64,000 bases of DNA from Nitrospirota bacterium (GCA_029858565.1 JAOUEV010000003.1:49967-113966), one strand, 5' to 3'. Shown: positions 9,500 to 20,138, numbered from the stretch's first letter. Numbers and translations are program-made. Notes: a model not told the origin generated them from the letters alone.

Positions 9500-11431
9500 A
9501 TGAAGATCCATAGAAGACTGATCGTCCTTGTCGGCCTCGGTATGCTGCTCATCATGAGCATCACCGTGCTGTCGCTGCTCAACATAACGGCCGAGTTTAC
9601 GGCGTCCATGCGGCGGATGGGGCAGATATCGCTGGAGGTCAAGCGGATATGGACCATCGAGCAGAGGATCGGCGACGCGACGCGGGCGGTGCGCAGATAC
9701 GTTGAGACCGGCGACAGCCGCTTCAAGGCGAACTATGCGAGCTTTCATGACGAGATCAAGCGGGAGCTGGACGAGACCCGTTCCCTGACGCTGGTCGACC
9801 GGGAACTTGTGCTCATTACGGCTTTGATCAATGATTTCCGCACGATGGAAGAGCAGGCGGAGCGGATCTTTTCACTGCCCCTGAATTCTTCCCGCGACCG
9901 CGCAGCTGCGAAGCCCATCCTTGCGGACCTGGACAATCTGGTCATCTGGACGCAGCACGATATCGAACGCTACCGCGAGGACAATGCCACCAAGCTCGAC
10001 GAGGTTGCATCGGAGCTGGGCGGGACGAAAGTCCGCATCAGTTTCCTCTTTGGTCTGATCCTGGTCACCATGGTCGGGCTTCTTTTCGCTTTGGGGATCT
10101 ATCTCTACCGCAAGGTCTCCCTGCCGTTGTCCCAGCTCTGGGCCGGCACCGGCGAGATCAGCCGGGGAAACCTTGATTATCAGGTGCAGGTCCGCGGCGA
10201 GAACGATATTGTGCACCTTGCTGAACGGTTCAATGAGATGTCGCAAAAGCTCAAGGTCTCCTATGCGGCCCTTGAAGATCGGCTCCTGGATCGGACAAAG
10301 CAGCTCACCGCGCTGAACTCGGTCTCCCTGACCCTGGGCCAGGGCGGCTCCCTCCGTGAGGTGCTGCAGCGTTCGCTGACAACGGTCCTCCAGAGCTTTG
10401 CGGACATGGCGCCGCGCGGCGGCATCTTTTTGTGCGAACCCGACGGCGAAACGCTCCATCTCGTCGCCCATGTGGGCCTGCCCCGCGATTTCGCGGTCAA
10501 GGAAGAGCGGATCCGGATGGGTGAATGCCTCTGCGGCATCGCGGCCCAGACCGGCGAGGTCATCTACACCGAGCAGGGATGCAGCGATCCCCGCCATACG
10601 CGGCAGGCCTGGTCTGTGGCCGGGGCTCATATCGTCGTGCCGATAAAATCACGCGGGATCGTGCTGGGCGTCATGTTCCTCTATCCGGCGCGACAGTTCA
10701 GCCTGAAGCAGTCCGACCTGCAGCTGTTCGATACTATCGGCGCCGGCCTCGGCATGGCCGTGGAGAACCTGCGGCTCTACGGCGAGGTGAAGCAATCCAG
10801 CCACCGCTACTGGGACCTTTTTGAAAAGTCCCGTGACATCCTGTTCACCATGGACATGGAGGGACGGCTTACCTCGGCGAACGAGGCAATGGAGCATTTC
10901 ACCGGCAGGCCCAAGTCCGGCATCATCGGCGCCAACATCGTCGATTTCCTTGCCGATGACGGGAAAGCGCTGATCCGCCGCATCCTGATCGGAGAGGAGC
11001 CCCTTGCCGACCGGATCCATGAGATCGAGATGACGCGGCCCAACGGGGAGCGGGCGTTCCTCGAGATCAGCGGCAGGAGCCTGTTCCAGCTCAATAAGCC
11101 GCTGGGATTCCAGATCGCCGCGCGGGACGTGACCGAGCAGAAGATCCTTCGCGAATTGGTGGTCCAGGCGGAACGGCTCGCGGCCATCGGACAGATCATG
11201 GTCACGGTCCGGCACGAGGTCAACAATCCGCTCACCACCGTGATCGGGAATATCGAGCTTCTGATCGACCGGTACGGACAGGGCGACGGCGATCTCAAAA
11301 GGCGCCTCGAGACGGTGCTGGACAATTCGCTGCGCATCTCCGAGATCATCAAACGGCTTCAGGAGATCAAGGAGGTCAAGACCGTTGACTATGTGAAGGG
11401 TGTGAAAATGACCGATCCGGGGTCCCGCTAG
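9500..11431 (+). CDS. Membrane sensor protein HAMP-GAF-PAS-HisKA, lacking HATPase domain
   Basis: Two TM helices, HAMP (LAERFNEM), GAF (GECLCG), PAS (RDVTE), H-box RHEVNNPL; ends about 70 aa later with no N/G boxes. Confidence 0.85.
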   Translation: MKIHRRLIVLVGLGMLLIMSITVLSLLNITAEFTASMRRMGQISLEVKRIWTIEQRIGDATRAVRRYVETGDSRFKANYASFHDEIKRELDETRSLTLVDRELVLITALINDFRTMEEQAERIFSLPLNSSRDRAAAKPILADLDNLVIWTQHDIERYREDNATKLDEVASELGGTKVRISFLFGLILVTMVGLLFALGIYLYRKVSLPLSQLWAGTGEISRGNLDYQVQVRGENDIVHLAERFNEMSQKLKVSYAALEDRLLDRTKQLTALNSVSLTLGQGGSLREVLQRSLTTVLQSFADMAPRGGIFLCEPDGETLHLVAHVGLPRDFAVKEERIRMGECLCGIAAQTGEVIYTEQGCSDPRHTRQAWSVAGAHIVVPIKSRGIVLGVMFLYPARQFSLKQSDLQLFDTIGAGLGMAVENLRLYGEVKQSSHRYWDLFEKSRDILFTMDMEGRLTSANEAMEHFTGRPKSGIIGANIVDFLADDGKALIRRILIGEEPLADRIHEIEMTRPNGERAFLEISGRSLFQLNKPLGFQIAARDVTEQKILRELVVQAERLAAIGQIMVTVRHEVNNPLTTVIGNIELLIDRYGQGDGDLKRRLETVLDNSLRISEIIKRLQEIKEVKTVDYVKGVKMTDPGSR

Positions 11432-12094
11432 ATGACCTGGAGGCGCGGCAAGAGGGACAGGCCGTGGACCGGTCTGCTCGCGGCGGTGGCGGCTGTTGCG
11501 CAGCTCCTCATCGCGGCACCTGCCGGCGCGGAGCTGGTCGACCGGGTTATCGCCGCGGTGAACAACGATGTGATCACCCGCAGCGAGCTCCGGCAGGCGG
11601 TCATGTTCAACCTCAGCCTGTCCGGCGGGAGCGAGGCCGGCCGCAAGGTCGAAGCAGAGACGCTGGAAGGCCTGATCAACCGGAAGCTGCTGCTGCAGGA
11701 AGCCTATCGTCTGCGCTATGTCGAGGTGACCGATCAGGACGCGGCTGAGGAGGTCAAGAAGCTCCGCGCCAGGCTCGGAACGGAGCAGGCGTTCCAGGAC
11801 CTGCTGGAGCGCACCGGCATGACCGGGGACAGGCTTGCCCGCCTTCTGGGAGAGCGCCTCCTGGTGGAGCGTTTCATTGACAAGAAGATCGGGATCTTTG
11901 CCCGTGTCAACCGCGACGAGGTCGAGCAGTACTACCGCGAGCATGGGACGGAATTCAGCGGCAAGCGTTTCCCCGAGGTCCAGAAGCAGATCACCGCTTT
12001 CCTGACCCAGCAGAAGACGCTCCAGCAGCTCGATCTGTATATCGCTGAACTGCGGGGCAGGGCGGATATACGGATCAATGGGATGGAAGAGTGA
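11432..12094 (+). CDS. SurA N-terminal domain chaperone
   Basis: VDRVIAAVNNDVITRSEL, LINRKLLLQEA, ELRGRADIRI. Confidence 0.85.
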   Translation: MTWRRGKRDRPWTGLLAAVAAVAQLLIAAPAGAELVDRVIAAVNNDVITRSELRQAVMFNLSLSGGSEAGRKVEAETLEGLINRKLLLQEAYRLRYVEVTDQDAAEEVKKLRARLGTEQAFQDLLERTGMTGDRLARLLGERLLVERFIDKKIGIFARVNRDEVEQYYREHGTEFSGKRFPEVQKQITAFLTQQKTLQQLDLYIAELRGRADIRINGMEE

Positions 12095-12128
12095 CTAGTG
12101 ACGAGAGACGAGTGAGGAAAAGGGCTTT

Positions 12129-13067
12129 ATGAAAAAAATCATCATATCCGCGGTCGCGATTGCCCTGCTTGCCGGTCTGTCCGGTTGCACGTTGCTCAAA
12201 GTGAACGTTCTGGAGGAGCTCCAGCCCTTTGAAGAGAAGGTCATCGCCGGCAGCGGCAGCGACAAGGTCCTGGTCATCGACCTCACCGGCGTGATCATGA
12301 GCGGCGACAGCGGCGGGATCGGCGACCGGAAAAAACCCGGCCTTCTGGCAAAGATGCGCGAGACCCTGGATTGCGCGCGGTCGGACAAGAGCATCAAGGC
12401 TGTGGTACTCCGGATCAGCAGCCCCGGAGGCGGGGTCACGGCATCGGACACGCTCTATCATGAACTGAAGCGTTACAAGCAGGAAGCCGGGGTGACCCTG
12501 GTCGCCCATATCATGGATGTGGGGGCTTCAGGCGCCTATTACGCCGCGCTCGCGGCGGACGCGATCACAGCCCAGCCTACGAGCATTACCGGCAGCATCG
12601 GCGTGATCATGTACCGCGTGGATGCCACCGCGCTCATGCAGAAGATCGGGGTCCAGGCCGTTGCCATCGCTTCGAACGAGCGCAAGAGCATGGGTTCTCC
12701 CTTCCGTCCCTTTACCGAGGAAGAGCGCAAGCATTTCCAGGGAGTGATCGACACGCTCTACGGCCGCTTCGCAGGTCTTGTTGCCGAGGAACGCAAGATG
12801 ACCCCCGATGCGGTGAAGCTGGTGGCCGATGGCAGGATCCTTATGAGCGATGAGGCGCGCAAGGCCGGCCTGATCGACGGGATCGGATATCTCGATGATG
12901 CGGTCGCGCTGGCGAAGAAGAAGGCCGGGCTCAAGGAAGCATCGGTCGTCATGTACCATCGCCCGGGTGAATACCGCGCCAACCTCTACTCCCAGAACCT
13001 GGTATCCATAGACATGGGCGCATGGACCGATGCCGGCGCGCAGTTCCTCTATCTGTGGTGGCCCTGA
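12129..13067 (+). CDS. sppA: Signal peptide peptidase SppA (lipoprotein)
   Basis: Lipobox LSGC; LRISSPGG, ASGAYY, TGSIGV. Confidence 0.9.
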   Translation: MKKIIISAVAIALLAGLSGCTLLKVNVLEELQPFEEKVIAGSGSDKVLVIDLTGVIMSGDSGGIGDRKKPGLLAKMRETLDCARSDKSIKAVVLRISSPGGGVTASDTLYHELKRYKQEAGVTLVAHIMDVGASGAYYAALAADAITAQPTSITGSIGVIMYRVDATALMQKIGVQAVAIASNERKSMGSPFRPFTEEERKHFQGVIDTLYGRFAGLVAEERKMTPDAVKLVADGRILMSDEARKAGLIDGIGYLDDAVALAKKKAGLKEASVVMYHRPGEYRANLYSQNLVSIDMGAWTDAGAQFLYLWWP

Positions 13068-13168
13068 CCTGCATAAGCCGGAAGCAAAGCGCTTGTGACC
13101 ACGGGCGTCGACGCCGCGCATTGATGGCAACGAAATCTGGGCACCACTTTTTAACAAGATGCCGGTCA

Positions 13169-13252
13169 GCCACAAAAAGCACATAACGCGCAAAAGGGAT
13201 TAAAGGCAACAATTGGCTGCCTTTTTTTTGTGAATTCTGTGCCTTTTGCGGC
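13169..13252. repeat. Palindromic element with 9-bp periodic arms
   Basis: GCCACAAAAAGCACATAACGCGCAAAA pairs with TTTTGTGAATTCTGTGCCTTTTGCGGC. Confidence 0.75.
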
Positions 13253-13300
13253 CAATCCCGTTCCCTCCTCCTTCCTGTTCACTACAATCCAAGATATTTC

Positions 13301-13329
13301 TTGCAGAGGTCTGGGGTATTGTGTAAAAT
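13301..13329 (+). promoter_or_regulatory. Sigma70-type promoter
   Basis: TTGCAG-17 bp-TAAAAT upstream of the TPR gene. Confidence 0.55.
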
Positions 13330-13356
13330 TCGACACAGTCTGTTCAAGGGAGCGCG

Positions 13357-13917
13357 ATGATGAAAAAAGGTGTATGTTCGCTATTGTTCATCCTGTTCCT
13401 GTGGTCCGGTGTTGCCGGCGCGGCCGTAAGCCGTCCGACGTCGGACTATAAACAGGCTGACGAGCTTTTTTCCGGACAGCAATACGAAAAGGCCCTTGCC
13501 CTGTATCAGCGGGCGCTCACCACTCCTCCCGCCGGCATCCCTGCCGGCGACATTCACACCAAGATCGGGGACAGCCATTTCCGGCTCGGCCGATATGCGT
13601 CAGCGCTATCAGCCTACCGCGAAGCGGACAAGGACCGCCGCACCTCGGACCGCGCAAGGGTCCAGTACTGGATCGGTTTCTGCTGCTTTCTCACCGGCCG
13701 CGATGCCGAGGCGGTATCAGAGCTGCTGAAGGTTCCCAAGCTGTACCCTGACGCCGGCATGTGGGTCAGCACCTCCTACTACTGGGCAGGCAAGGCCAGC
13801 GAGCGCATGGGACGGAAGGACCTTGCGGCGGAGTATTATAAAAAAGCAAGCGGCAACGGCAAGTCGGCACAGGGGAAGTACGCGATGAAGAAGGCGGAAG
13901 CTGCGAGAGGAAAATAA
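13357..13917 (+). CDS. Exported tetratricopeptide repeat protein
   Basis: Signal peptide; TPR-like helices (IGDSHFRLGRY..AL..Y, YWIG, YWAG). Confidence 0.8.
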   Translation: MMKKGVCSLLFILFLWSGVAGAAVSRPTSDYKQADELFSGQQYEKALALYQRALTTPPAGIPAGDIHTKIGDSHFRLGRYASALSAYREADKDRRTSDRARVQYWIGFCCFLTGRDAEAVSELLKVPKLYPDAGMWVSTSYYWAGKASERMGRKDLAAEYYKKASGNGKSAQGKYAMKKAEAARGK

Positions 13918-14057
13918 AGGAGTATAAGTAAGAACAAGGATCAAAGGATTAGAGGGCTAAGTATAGAAGCAATAAATTGAAGCGACAAACAATTAGCAAA
14001 CAAAGACTTACCTGATGATTAAACGGCAGGAGTAACGCAGCAGCAAAGGAGGTAGGT

Positions 14058-14237
14058 GTGGACACACTAAAACAAGAGGCGATCAAGGTAATATCGAAAC
14101 TCCCTGACACGGTGAAGATCGAAGACATTATGTACGAACTTTACGTTGTCGATAAAGTGCGCAAGGGGAGGGATGCCGCGGCAAAGGGTGAAGTCGTTTC
14201 TCTTGAGGAACTGAAGAGGGACATGCAGACATGGTAA
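14058..14237 (+). CDS. Putative antitoxin, 59 aa (below ORF-track cutoff)
   Basis: GGAGGT RBS, GTG start; MDTLKQEAIKVISKLPD...GEVVSLEELKRDMQTW; overlaps the toxin start. Confidence 0.8.
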   Translation: MDTLKQEAIKVISKLPDTVKIEDIMYELYVVDKVRKGRDAAAKGEVVSLEELKRDMQTW

Positions 14238-14536
14238 AGTGGGCTGCTCCGGCCCGGGAGGATCTGCGGCAGATCTTCGACTATATCGCGAGGGACTCGC
14301 GGCTCTATGCGCAGCGGGTTACGCAGGATATCGTTGAAAAGACCGAAAAGCTCGACCGCTTTCCCGAGATCGGGCGGATTGTGCCGGAGTTAGGCGAGCC
14401 AAATGTGCACGAGTTGATTATAGCGCCTTATCGTATCATCTACGAAATTCATCCTGAAATGATCGTAGTCCTTGCTGTTATTCATGGCCGGCGGAACCTG
14501 CTTGCCGAGGAAATTGCTACCCGCAAGGGAATATGA
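14231..14536 (+). CDS. RelE/ParE family toxin
   Basis: AREDLRQIFDYIA, FPEIGR, YRIIY, VIHGRR. Confidence 0.9.
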   Translation: MVKWAAPAREDLRQIFDYIARDSRLYAQRVTQDIVEKTEKLDRFPEIGRIVPELGEPNVHELIIAPYRIIYEIHPEMIVVLAVIHGRRNLLAEEIATRKGI

Positions 14537-14560
14537 AATAACGGGTACCATCCATTAATC

Positions 14561-16261
14561 ATGTTGAAAGAATTAAATATCAAGAACTTCGCCATCATCG
14601 ACCAGCTCCGCGTGGAGTTCGGACCGGGGCTGAACGTGTTCACCGGCGAGACCGGGGCGGGCAAGTCGATCGTTGTGGACGCGCTGAACCTTGCCCTGGG
14701 CGAGCGGGCGAGCGGGGACCTGATACGGACCGGGGCTCAAGAGGCCGTGGTGGAGGCGGCGTTCGAACTGAACAGTCATGCTCCGACGGCGATCGGCCGG
14801 ATACTGTCGGAACAGGGCATTGAGATGAACGAGGGCGATGATCTCATTGTCCGGAGGATCCTTGCAGCTTCGGGCAAGAACAAGGTCTACATCAACGGCA
14901 GCCTGGCGAATCTCGCTACGCTCGCCGCAATCGGAGCGCACCTCGCGGATATCCATGGACAGCACGAACACCAGTCGCTTCTTTCTCTGGAACAGCAGAT
15001 GGAGATGCTTGATTCCTTTGGAAACCTGCTGAAACTGAGGAGCGCGTTCGGCGAGCTTTTCATCGGACTTCGGACCCTTCGGGAAGAACTCTCGGGGCTG
15101 GAGGCAGGAGAGCGGGAAAAGGCGCAGCGCGAGGACCTGCTGCGGTACCAGGTGAACGAGATCGAGGCTGCCCGGCTCAAGCCGGGCGAGGACGAGGAGC
15201 TTCTTGCCGAGCAGCGGGTGCTGGCGAACGCGGAAAAGCTCGGCGGTCTGGCACAGGCGGCCGACCAGGTACTGTACTCGTCCGAAGGTTCGGCACTGGC
15301 CGGATTGAAACGGGCGATCACGAGCATTCGGGACATCGTTGCCATTGACCCGACCCTTTCCCCGACGCTGGAGATGCTTGAATCAGGCAAGGCGCAGCTC
15401 GAAGAGGCGGCACGCGAAGTTGCCACCTACGCAGACCGGGTCGAGTTCGATCCCGCACGGCTTGAATCGATCGGTGACCGGCTCGACCTTATCCAGAAGC
15501 TCAAAAAGAAGTACGGGGCGACGCTTGCCGAGATCATCGCGTTTGGTGAGACAGCGGCTGCTGAGCTGGAAAAGATCGAGCGGAGCGGGGAAGAAATGGA
15601 CCGTCTCCGGAAAGAGATCGCCGGGCTAAAGGACCAGATCACGGTCAAAGCAGCCGAGCTGACGAAAAAGCGCGCCGCAGCGGCACGGGAGCTGGAAAAG
15701 AAGGTGGAAACGGAACTGGGCCACCTGGGCATGAAAAAGACGACCTTTGCGGTGCGGATCGAGCAGGAGGCGGGAGACGATACCGCTGACGGACACAAAG
15801 CCGGTCCCCGCGGCGCGGACCGGATCGAGTTCCTGATCTCCGCCAATCCCGGAGAGGAGCCCCGGTCACTGGCAAAGATCGCGTCAGGCGGTGAACTGTC
15901 CCGGATCATGCTGGCGCTCAAGACCATCCTGGTGGAAGGCGATCCCATTCCCACGCTGGTGTTCGATGAAGTGGACGCGGGCATCGGCGGCGCGGTGGCC
16001 GAGGAAGTGGGCAGGAAGCTCAAGCGGATAGCGGGAAAACGGCAGGTCTTCTGCATCACCCACCTTGCCCAGATCGCGAGCATGGCATCGAGCCATTACG
16101 GCGTTGCCAAGGCGGTAAAGAAGGACCGGACCAGCACGGAAGTGAGGCTGCTGGAGCAGCGCGAACGGATCGACGAGGTCGCCCGCATGCTTGGCGGCAA
16201 GACCATTACCGATGCAACGATTAAGCACGCCCAGGAAATGATCGAACGAGGGATGAATTAA
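14561..16261 (+). CDS. recN: DNA repair protein RecN
   Basis: TGETGAGKS, IHGQHEHQ, ASGGELSR, FDEVDAGIGG, ITHLAQIA. Confidence 0.97.
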   Translation: MLKELNIKNFAIIDQLRVEFGPGLNVFTGETGAGKSIVVDALNLALGERASGDLIRTGAQEAVVEAAFELNSHAPTAIGRILSEQGIEMNEGDDLIVRRILAASGKNKVYINGSLANLATLAAIGAHLADIHGQHEHQSLLSLEQQMEMLDSFGNLLKLRSAFGELFIGLRTLREELSGLEAGEREKAQREDLLRYQVNEIEAARLKPGEDEELLAEQRVLANAEKLGGLAQAADQVLYSSEGSALAGLKRAITSIRDIVAIDPTLSPTLEMLESGKAQLEEAAREVATYADRVEFDPARLESIGDRLDLIQKLKKKYGATLAEIIAFGETAAAELEKIERSGEEMDRLRKEIAGLKDQITVKAAELTKKRAAAARELEKKVETELGHLGMKKTTFAVRIEQEAGDDTADGHKAGPRGADRIEFLISANPGEEPRSLAKIASGGELSRIMLALKTILVEGDPIPTLVFDEVDAGIGGAVAEEVGRKLKRIAGKRQVFCITHLAQIASMASSHYGVAKAVKKDRTSTEVRLLEQRERIDEVARMLGGKTITDATIKHAQEMIERGMN

Positions 16262-16299
16262 TGCGGAATTCGGAATAATAACAAGGGGCAGGGACTGTA

Positions 16300-16506
16300 A
16301 TGGGGAAAGTCGTCATCAACTTGGAATATTGCAAAGGATGCGAACTGTGCACCACGGCGTGCGCCAAGAAACTGCTGAAGCTGGGGAAGCAGTTCAATAA
16401 GAGCGGTTATTATTTCGTCGAATATTGCGACGAAAAAGGCGAGTGCACCGGGTGCACGCTCTGCGCTGAGATGTGCCCTGATGTTGCGATAGAAGTGTGG
16501 AAGTAG
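16300..16506 (+). CDS. 2x[4Fe-4S] ferredoxin-like delta subunit of 2-oxoacid oxidoreductase
   Basis: CKGCELCTTAC and CTGCTLCAEMCPDVAI; precedes the alpha subunit. Confidence 0.9.
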   Translation: MGKVVINLEYCKGCELCTTACAKKLLKLGKQFNKSGYYFVEYCDEKGECTGCTLCAEMCPDVAIEVWK

Positions 16507-16558
16507 CAGATCAGGAACCGGTAGCCAGTAGCCGGTAGCCAGGAGAGGTTACGAAAGA

Positions 16559-17623
16559 ATGTCCAAAGTCTTGATCACGGGAAACGAAGCCCTTGCCGAG
16601 GCAGCGGTGCGCGCAGGCTGCCGCCGCTATTTCGGCTATCCCATAACTCCGCAGAACGAGATCCCCGAGTATATGTCCCGGCGCATGCCCGAGGTAGGAG
16701 GGACGTTCCTGCAGGCAGAGAGCGAGCTTGCAGCCATCAATATGGTCTACGGCGCGGCCGCAGTCGGGGAGCGGGCAATGACGTCGTCGTCCGGTCCGGG
16801 CATCAGCCTGATGCAGGAGGCGCTTTCGTTCATCGCGGCATCGGAGCTTCCCGCGGTGATCGTGAACGTTCAGCGCGGGGGTCCGGGACTGGGCAGCATC
16901 TCCGCGTCCCAGGCAGATTACTTCCAGGCGGTCAAGGGAGGAGGCCACGGCGACTATCATCTGCTGGTGTACGCACCGTCGAACCTGCAGGAGATCGTAG
17001 ACCTGACCATCAGGGCCTTTGACAAGGCCGACGAATACCGCACGCCGGTCATGATCCTGGCGGATGGCGTGCTTGGCCAGATGATGGAGCCCGTGGAGTG
17101 GCCCGATATCACGCCAAAGGTGTTCGAGAAACCCTGGGCGCTCACGGGCGCGAAGGACGGCGAGCCGGGCAAAGTGATCCGATCGCTCTTCATGCTTCCG
17201 GGCGAGGACGGCATGCTGGAACAGCACAACTACAGGCTCCGGGAAAAATATGAACGCATGGCAGCGCATGAGGTCATGGTGGAGCAGATGCTCATGGATG
17301 ACGCGGAGATCTCGGTCGTTGCTTACGGGACCGCGGCGCGTATAGCCAAGTCCGCGATCGCCGCGGCGCGTTCTGAAGGGATACGCGTCGGACTCATCAG
17401 GCCCATCACGCTCTTCCCGTTCCCGGAAAAGGCCGTTGCGGCTGCTGCAGCGAAGGTCAGCCGGTTCCTGGTGACGGAGATGAACCTCGGGCAGATGGTG
17501 GAAGATGTGCGGCTCGCGGTGAACGGTAAGTCGCCGGTGGCATTCTACGGCAGGCCGGGCGGCGCGATCCTGGCGGTGAATGATATTGTGAAGAAAATCA
17601 AAGAAGCAGCAGGCAAGGGGTAA
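16559..17623 (+). CDS. vorB: 2-oxoacid:ferredoxin oxidoreductase alpha subunit (VorB-like)
   Basis: GYPITPQ, QAESE, TSSSGPGISL, GGHGDY, EMNLGQM. Confidence 0.85.
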   Translation: MSKVLITGNEALAEAAVRAGCRRYFGYPITPQNEIPEYMSRRMPEVGGTFLQAESELAAINMVYGAAAVGERAMTSSSGPGISLMQEALSFIAASELPAVIVNVQRGGPGLGSISASQADYFQAVKGGGHGDYHLLVYAPSNLQEIVDLTIRAFDKADEYRTPVMILADGVLGQMMEPVEWPDITPKVFEKPWALTGAKDGEPGKVIRSLFMLPGEDGMLEQHNYRLREKYERMAAHEVMVEQMLMDDAEISVVAYGTAARIAKSAIAAARSEGIRVGLIRPITLFPFPEKAVAAAAAKVSRFLVTEMNLGQMVEDVRLAVNGKSPVAFYGRPGGAILAVNDIVKKIKEAAGKG

Positions 17624-17676
17624 GTGGTAAGGGGTAAGCAAGCTGCAGGTAACGACCAAGAGAACAAAAACCTTGA

Positions 17677-17760
17677 ACCGTCAAGGCGCGAAGGTCGCCA
17701 AGGAAAACAGGGGCGAACGTTTTTTGCAGACCTCCTTCGCGTTCTTTGCGATTTCGCGGT
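17677..17760. repeat. Palindromic element with 9-bp periodic arms
   Basis: ACCGTCAAGGCGCGAAGGTCGCCAAGG pairs imperfectly with CCTTCGCGTTCTTTGCGATTTCGCGGT. Confidence 0.65.
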
Positions 17761-17798
17761 GAGAACGAACTTTGATCTTCATTCATTCGAGGTGTCCC

Positions 17799-18719
17799 AT
17801 GGCTAAGGTAAAAACCATTCTCGACATGATCGGCAATACGCCGATGGTGCGGTTGACCCGGGTAGCGGACAGTGCCGGCGCCGAGATCTGGGCAAAGCTC
17901 GAAGGGCTCAATCCCGGCGGCAGCGTCAAGGACCGGCCGGCGCTCGCCATGATCGAGGATGCCGAACGCAGGGGCAGGCTCAAGAAAGGCATGAAGATCG
18001 TGGAGCCCACGAGCGGCAACACAGGCATCGGGCTCGCCATGGTCGCCGCGATCAAGGGCTATCCCATCATCCTGACCATGCCCGAGACCATGACCCTGGA
18101 ACGAAGGCAGCTCCTGCAGGCCTATGGCGCGGAACTGGTCCTCACCGAGGGCGCCAAGGGCATGAAAGGCGCCATTGCCAGGGCAGAGGAGCTTGTTGCG
18201 TCGGGGAAAGAGTACTTCATGCCCCAGCAGTTCGAGAATCCCGCGAACCCCATGGTTCACCGGCAGACGACAGCGCGCGAGATCCTGGCATTCATGGGCG
18301 GGAAGCGGGTGGACGCTTTTGTCGCCGGCGTGGGCACGGGCGGCACGATCACCGGCGTGGGCGAGGTGCTCAGAAAGAAGTTCAAAGGCGTAAAAATATT
18401 CGCTGTGGAGCCGGCTGCGTCCCCGGTGCTCTCCGGCGGCCAGGCCGGTCCGCATACGATCCCCGGCATCGGCGCGGGGTTCGTGCCCAGGATCCTGAAC
18501 AGGGCGGTCTACGATGAGATCATCAAGGTCTCGAACGACGACGCGAAAGCGACCACCAAGCGCCTGGCGCTGGAGGAAGGCCTGCTCGTCGGCGTCTCCT
18601 CGGGCGCGGCCTGCTGGGCAGCGCTCCTGGTGGCTGCGAAGCTCGGCAAGGGTAAGCGGGTGGTGACGCTTTTCCCCGACGGCGGGGATAGGTATCTGTC
18701 GTTGGGAGTGTTTGGATGA
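17799..18719 (+). CDS. cysK: Cysteine synthase A
   Basis: NPGGSVKDR (PLP Lys), [22 protein letters not shown]. Confidence 0.93.
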   Translation: MAKVKTILDMIGNTPMVRLTRVADSAGAEIWAKLEGLNPGGSVKDRPALAMIEDAERRGRLKKGMKIVEPTSGNTGIGLAMVAAIKGYPIILTMPETMTLERRQLLQAYGAELVLTEGAKGMKGAIARAEELVASGKEYFMPQQFENPANPMVHRQTTAREILAFMGGKRVDAFVAGVGTGGTITGVGEVLRKKFKGVKIFAVEPAASPVLSGGQAGPHTIPGIGAGFVPRILNRAVYDEIIKVSNDDAKATTKRLALEEGLLVGVSSGAACWAALLVAAKLGKGKRVVTLFPDGGDRYLSLGVFG

Positions 18720-19837
18720 CCCGCATCTACCTCGACTACAACGCCAGCACCCCTATCGCGCCTCAGGTACTTGAGGCGATGATGCCGTTCCTTACGTCGA
18801 AGTTCGGCAATCCCTCGTCATCCCACAGCTTCGGTGTGGAATGCCGCGAGGCCATTGAGCAGGCGCGGGAACGGGTCGCGGCCCTCGTTGGCTGCGCCGC
18901 AGGGGAGATCTTTTTCACCAGCGGCGCCACGGAATCGAACAACATGGTGCTCAAGGGGATCGCCAAGGCAGCGGGCAAGGGCAAACACATCATCACCTCC
19001 CGGGCCGAGCACCCTGCGGTGCTCGAACCGTGCAAACACATCGAACGGTTCGGCTACACCGTGACCTATCTTCCCGTGGACCGTTCCGGCAGGATGGATC
19101 CCGGCGATCTTGAGAAGGCGATCCGTCCGGAGACCGCGCTGATCACGATCATGCACGCGAACAACGAGGTCGGCACAATTCAGCCGATCGCGGAACTGAC
19201 GAAGGTGGCCGCGGCCCGTGGAGTGCCCTTTCACACCGACGCGGCGCAGAGCGTCGGCAAGGTGATGTGCCGGGTCGACGTACTGGGCGTGGATTTCCTG
19301 ACGCTCGCCGGCCACAAGTTCTATGCGCCCAAGGGAATCGGCGCGCTCTATATCCGCCAGGGAAAGCATCTTCCGCCGATGCTGCATGGCGCGGGACATG
19401 AGCGGGGGATGCGGCCCGGGACCGAGAACCTGGCGAGCATCGTCGGTCTCGGCGCTGCCTGCGATCTCGCCGGCCCGCTGCTCGAATCCGAAGGGAACCG
19501 TCAACGGCAGCTCGGGAACCGGCTGATGGAAGGTCTCAAAACCGCCGGGTTCAAGGTCCATCTGAACGGCCATCCCAAGGAACGGCTTCCGAACACATGG
19601 AATATAAGCTTCGAGGGATACAATACATCTCGGATCATGGAAGCGCTTGGCAAGGACATCGCGGTCTCCGCAGGCGCCGCCTGCCACGGGGACAAGGTCA
19701 CGGCATCCCATGTGCTCGTTGCCATGGGCGTGCCGCCCGAGCTCATGAAGGGAGCCATCCGCTTCAGCTTGGGCAGGGAGACGACAGAGGCGGAGATCGA
19801 TAGGGTGGTGGAGATTCTTGTAAAGAATCTTCATTAA
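18716..19837 (+). CDS. Cysteine desulfurase (IscS/NifS family)
   Basis: [38 protein letters not shown]. Confidence 0.92.
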   Translation: MTRIYLDYNASTPIAPQVLEAMMPFLTSKFGNPSSSHSFGVECREAIEQARERVAALVGCAAGEIFFTSGATESNNMVLKGIAKAAGKGKHIITSRAEHPAVLEPCKHIERFGYTVTYLPVDRSGRMDPGDLEKAIRPETALITIMHANNEVGTIQPIAELTKVAAARGVPFHTDAAQSVGKVMCRVDVLGVDFLTLAGHKFYAPKGIGALYIRQGKHLPPMLHGAGHERGMRPGTENLASIVGLGAACDLAGPLLESEGNRQRQLGNRLMEGLKTAGFKVHLNGHPKERLPNTWNISFEGYNTSRIMEALGKDIAVSAGAACHGDKVTASHVLVAMGVPPELMKGAIRFSLGRETTEAEIDRVVEILVKNLH

Positions 19838-19859
19838 CCGCAAAAACAGCGGGGGATAT

Positions 19860-20129
19860 ATGCCGGTCATATCGATGTTCTATGGTATCATCATCCTGAT
19901 GTTCAACTTCGATAATAAGAAACACCACCTTCCGCATATTCATGCTCAATATGCTGAGCATACCGCTGTAATTTCAATAGAAAACGGCGAAGTGCTGGAT
20001 GGCGCCCTCCCCGGATCAAAAATGAAACTTGTTCAGGCATGGATGGAGATACATCGGGATGAGCTGATGGCAGACTGGCAGCTTGCACTGGAAGGGAATA
20101 AGCCTTTCAAAATCGAGCCGCTTAAGTGA
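19860..20129 (+). CDS. DUF4160 family protein (putative TA component)
   Basis: MPVISMFYGI, HHLPHIHAQY, IEPLK. Confidence 0.85.
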   Translation: MPVISMFYGIIILMFNFDNKKHHLPHIHAQYAEHTAVISIENGEVLDGALPGSKMKLVQAWMEIHRDELMADWQLALEGNKPFKIEPLK

Positions 20130-20138
20130 GGTGAAGCT

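Noticed and set aside
17624-17806. 60-aa ORF between vorB and cysK
   Set aside because: Translation of the heptamer tract and palindromic element.
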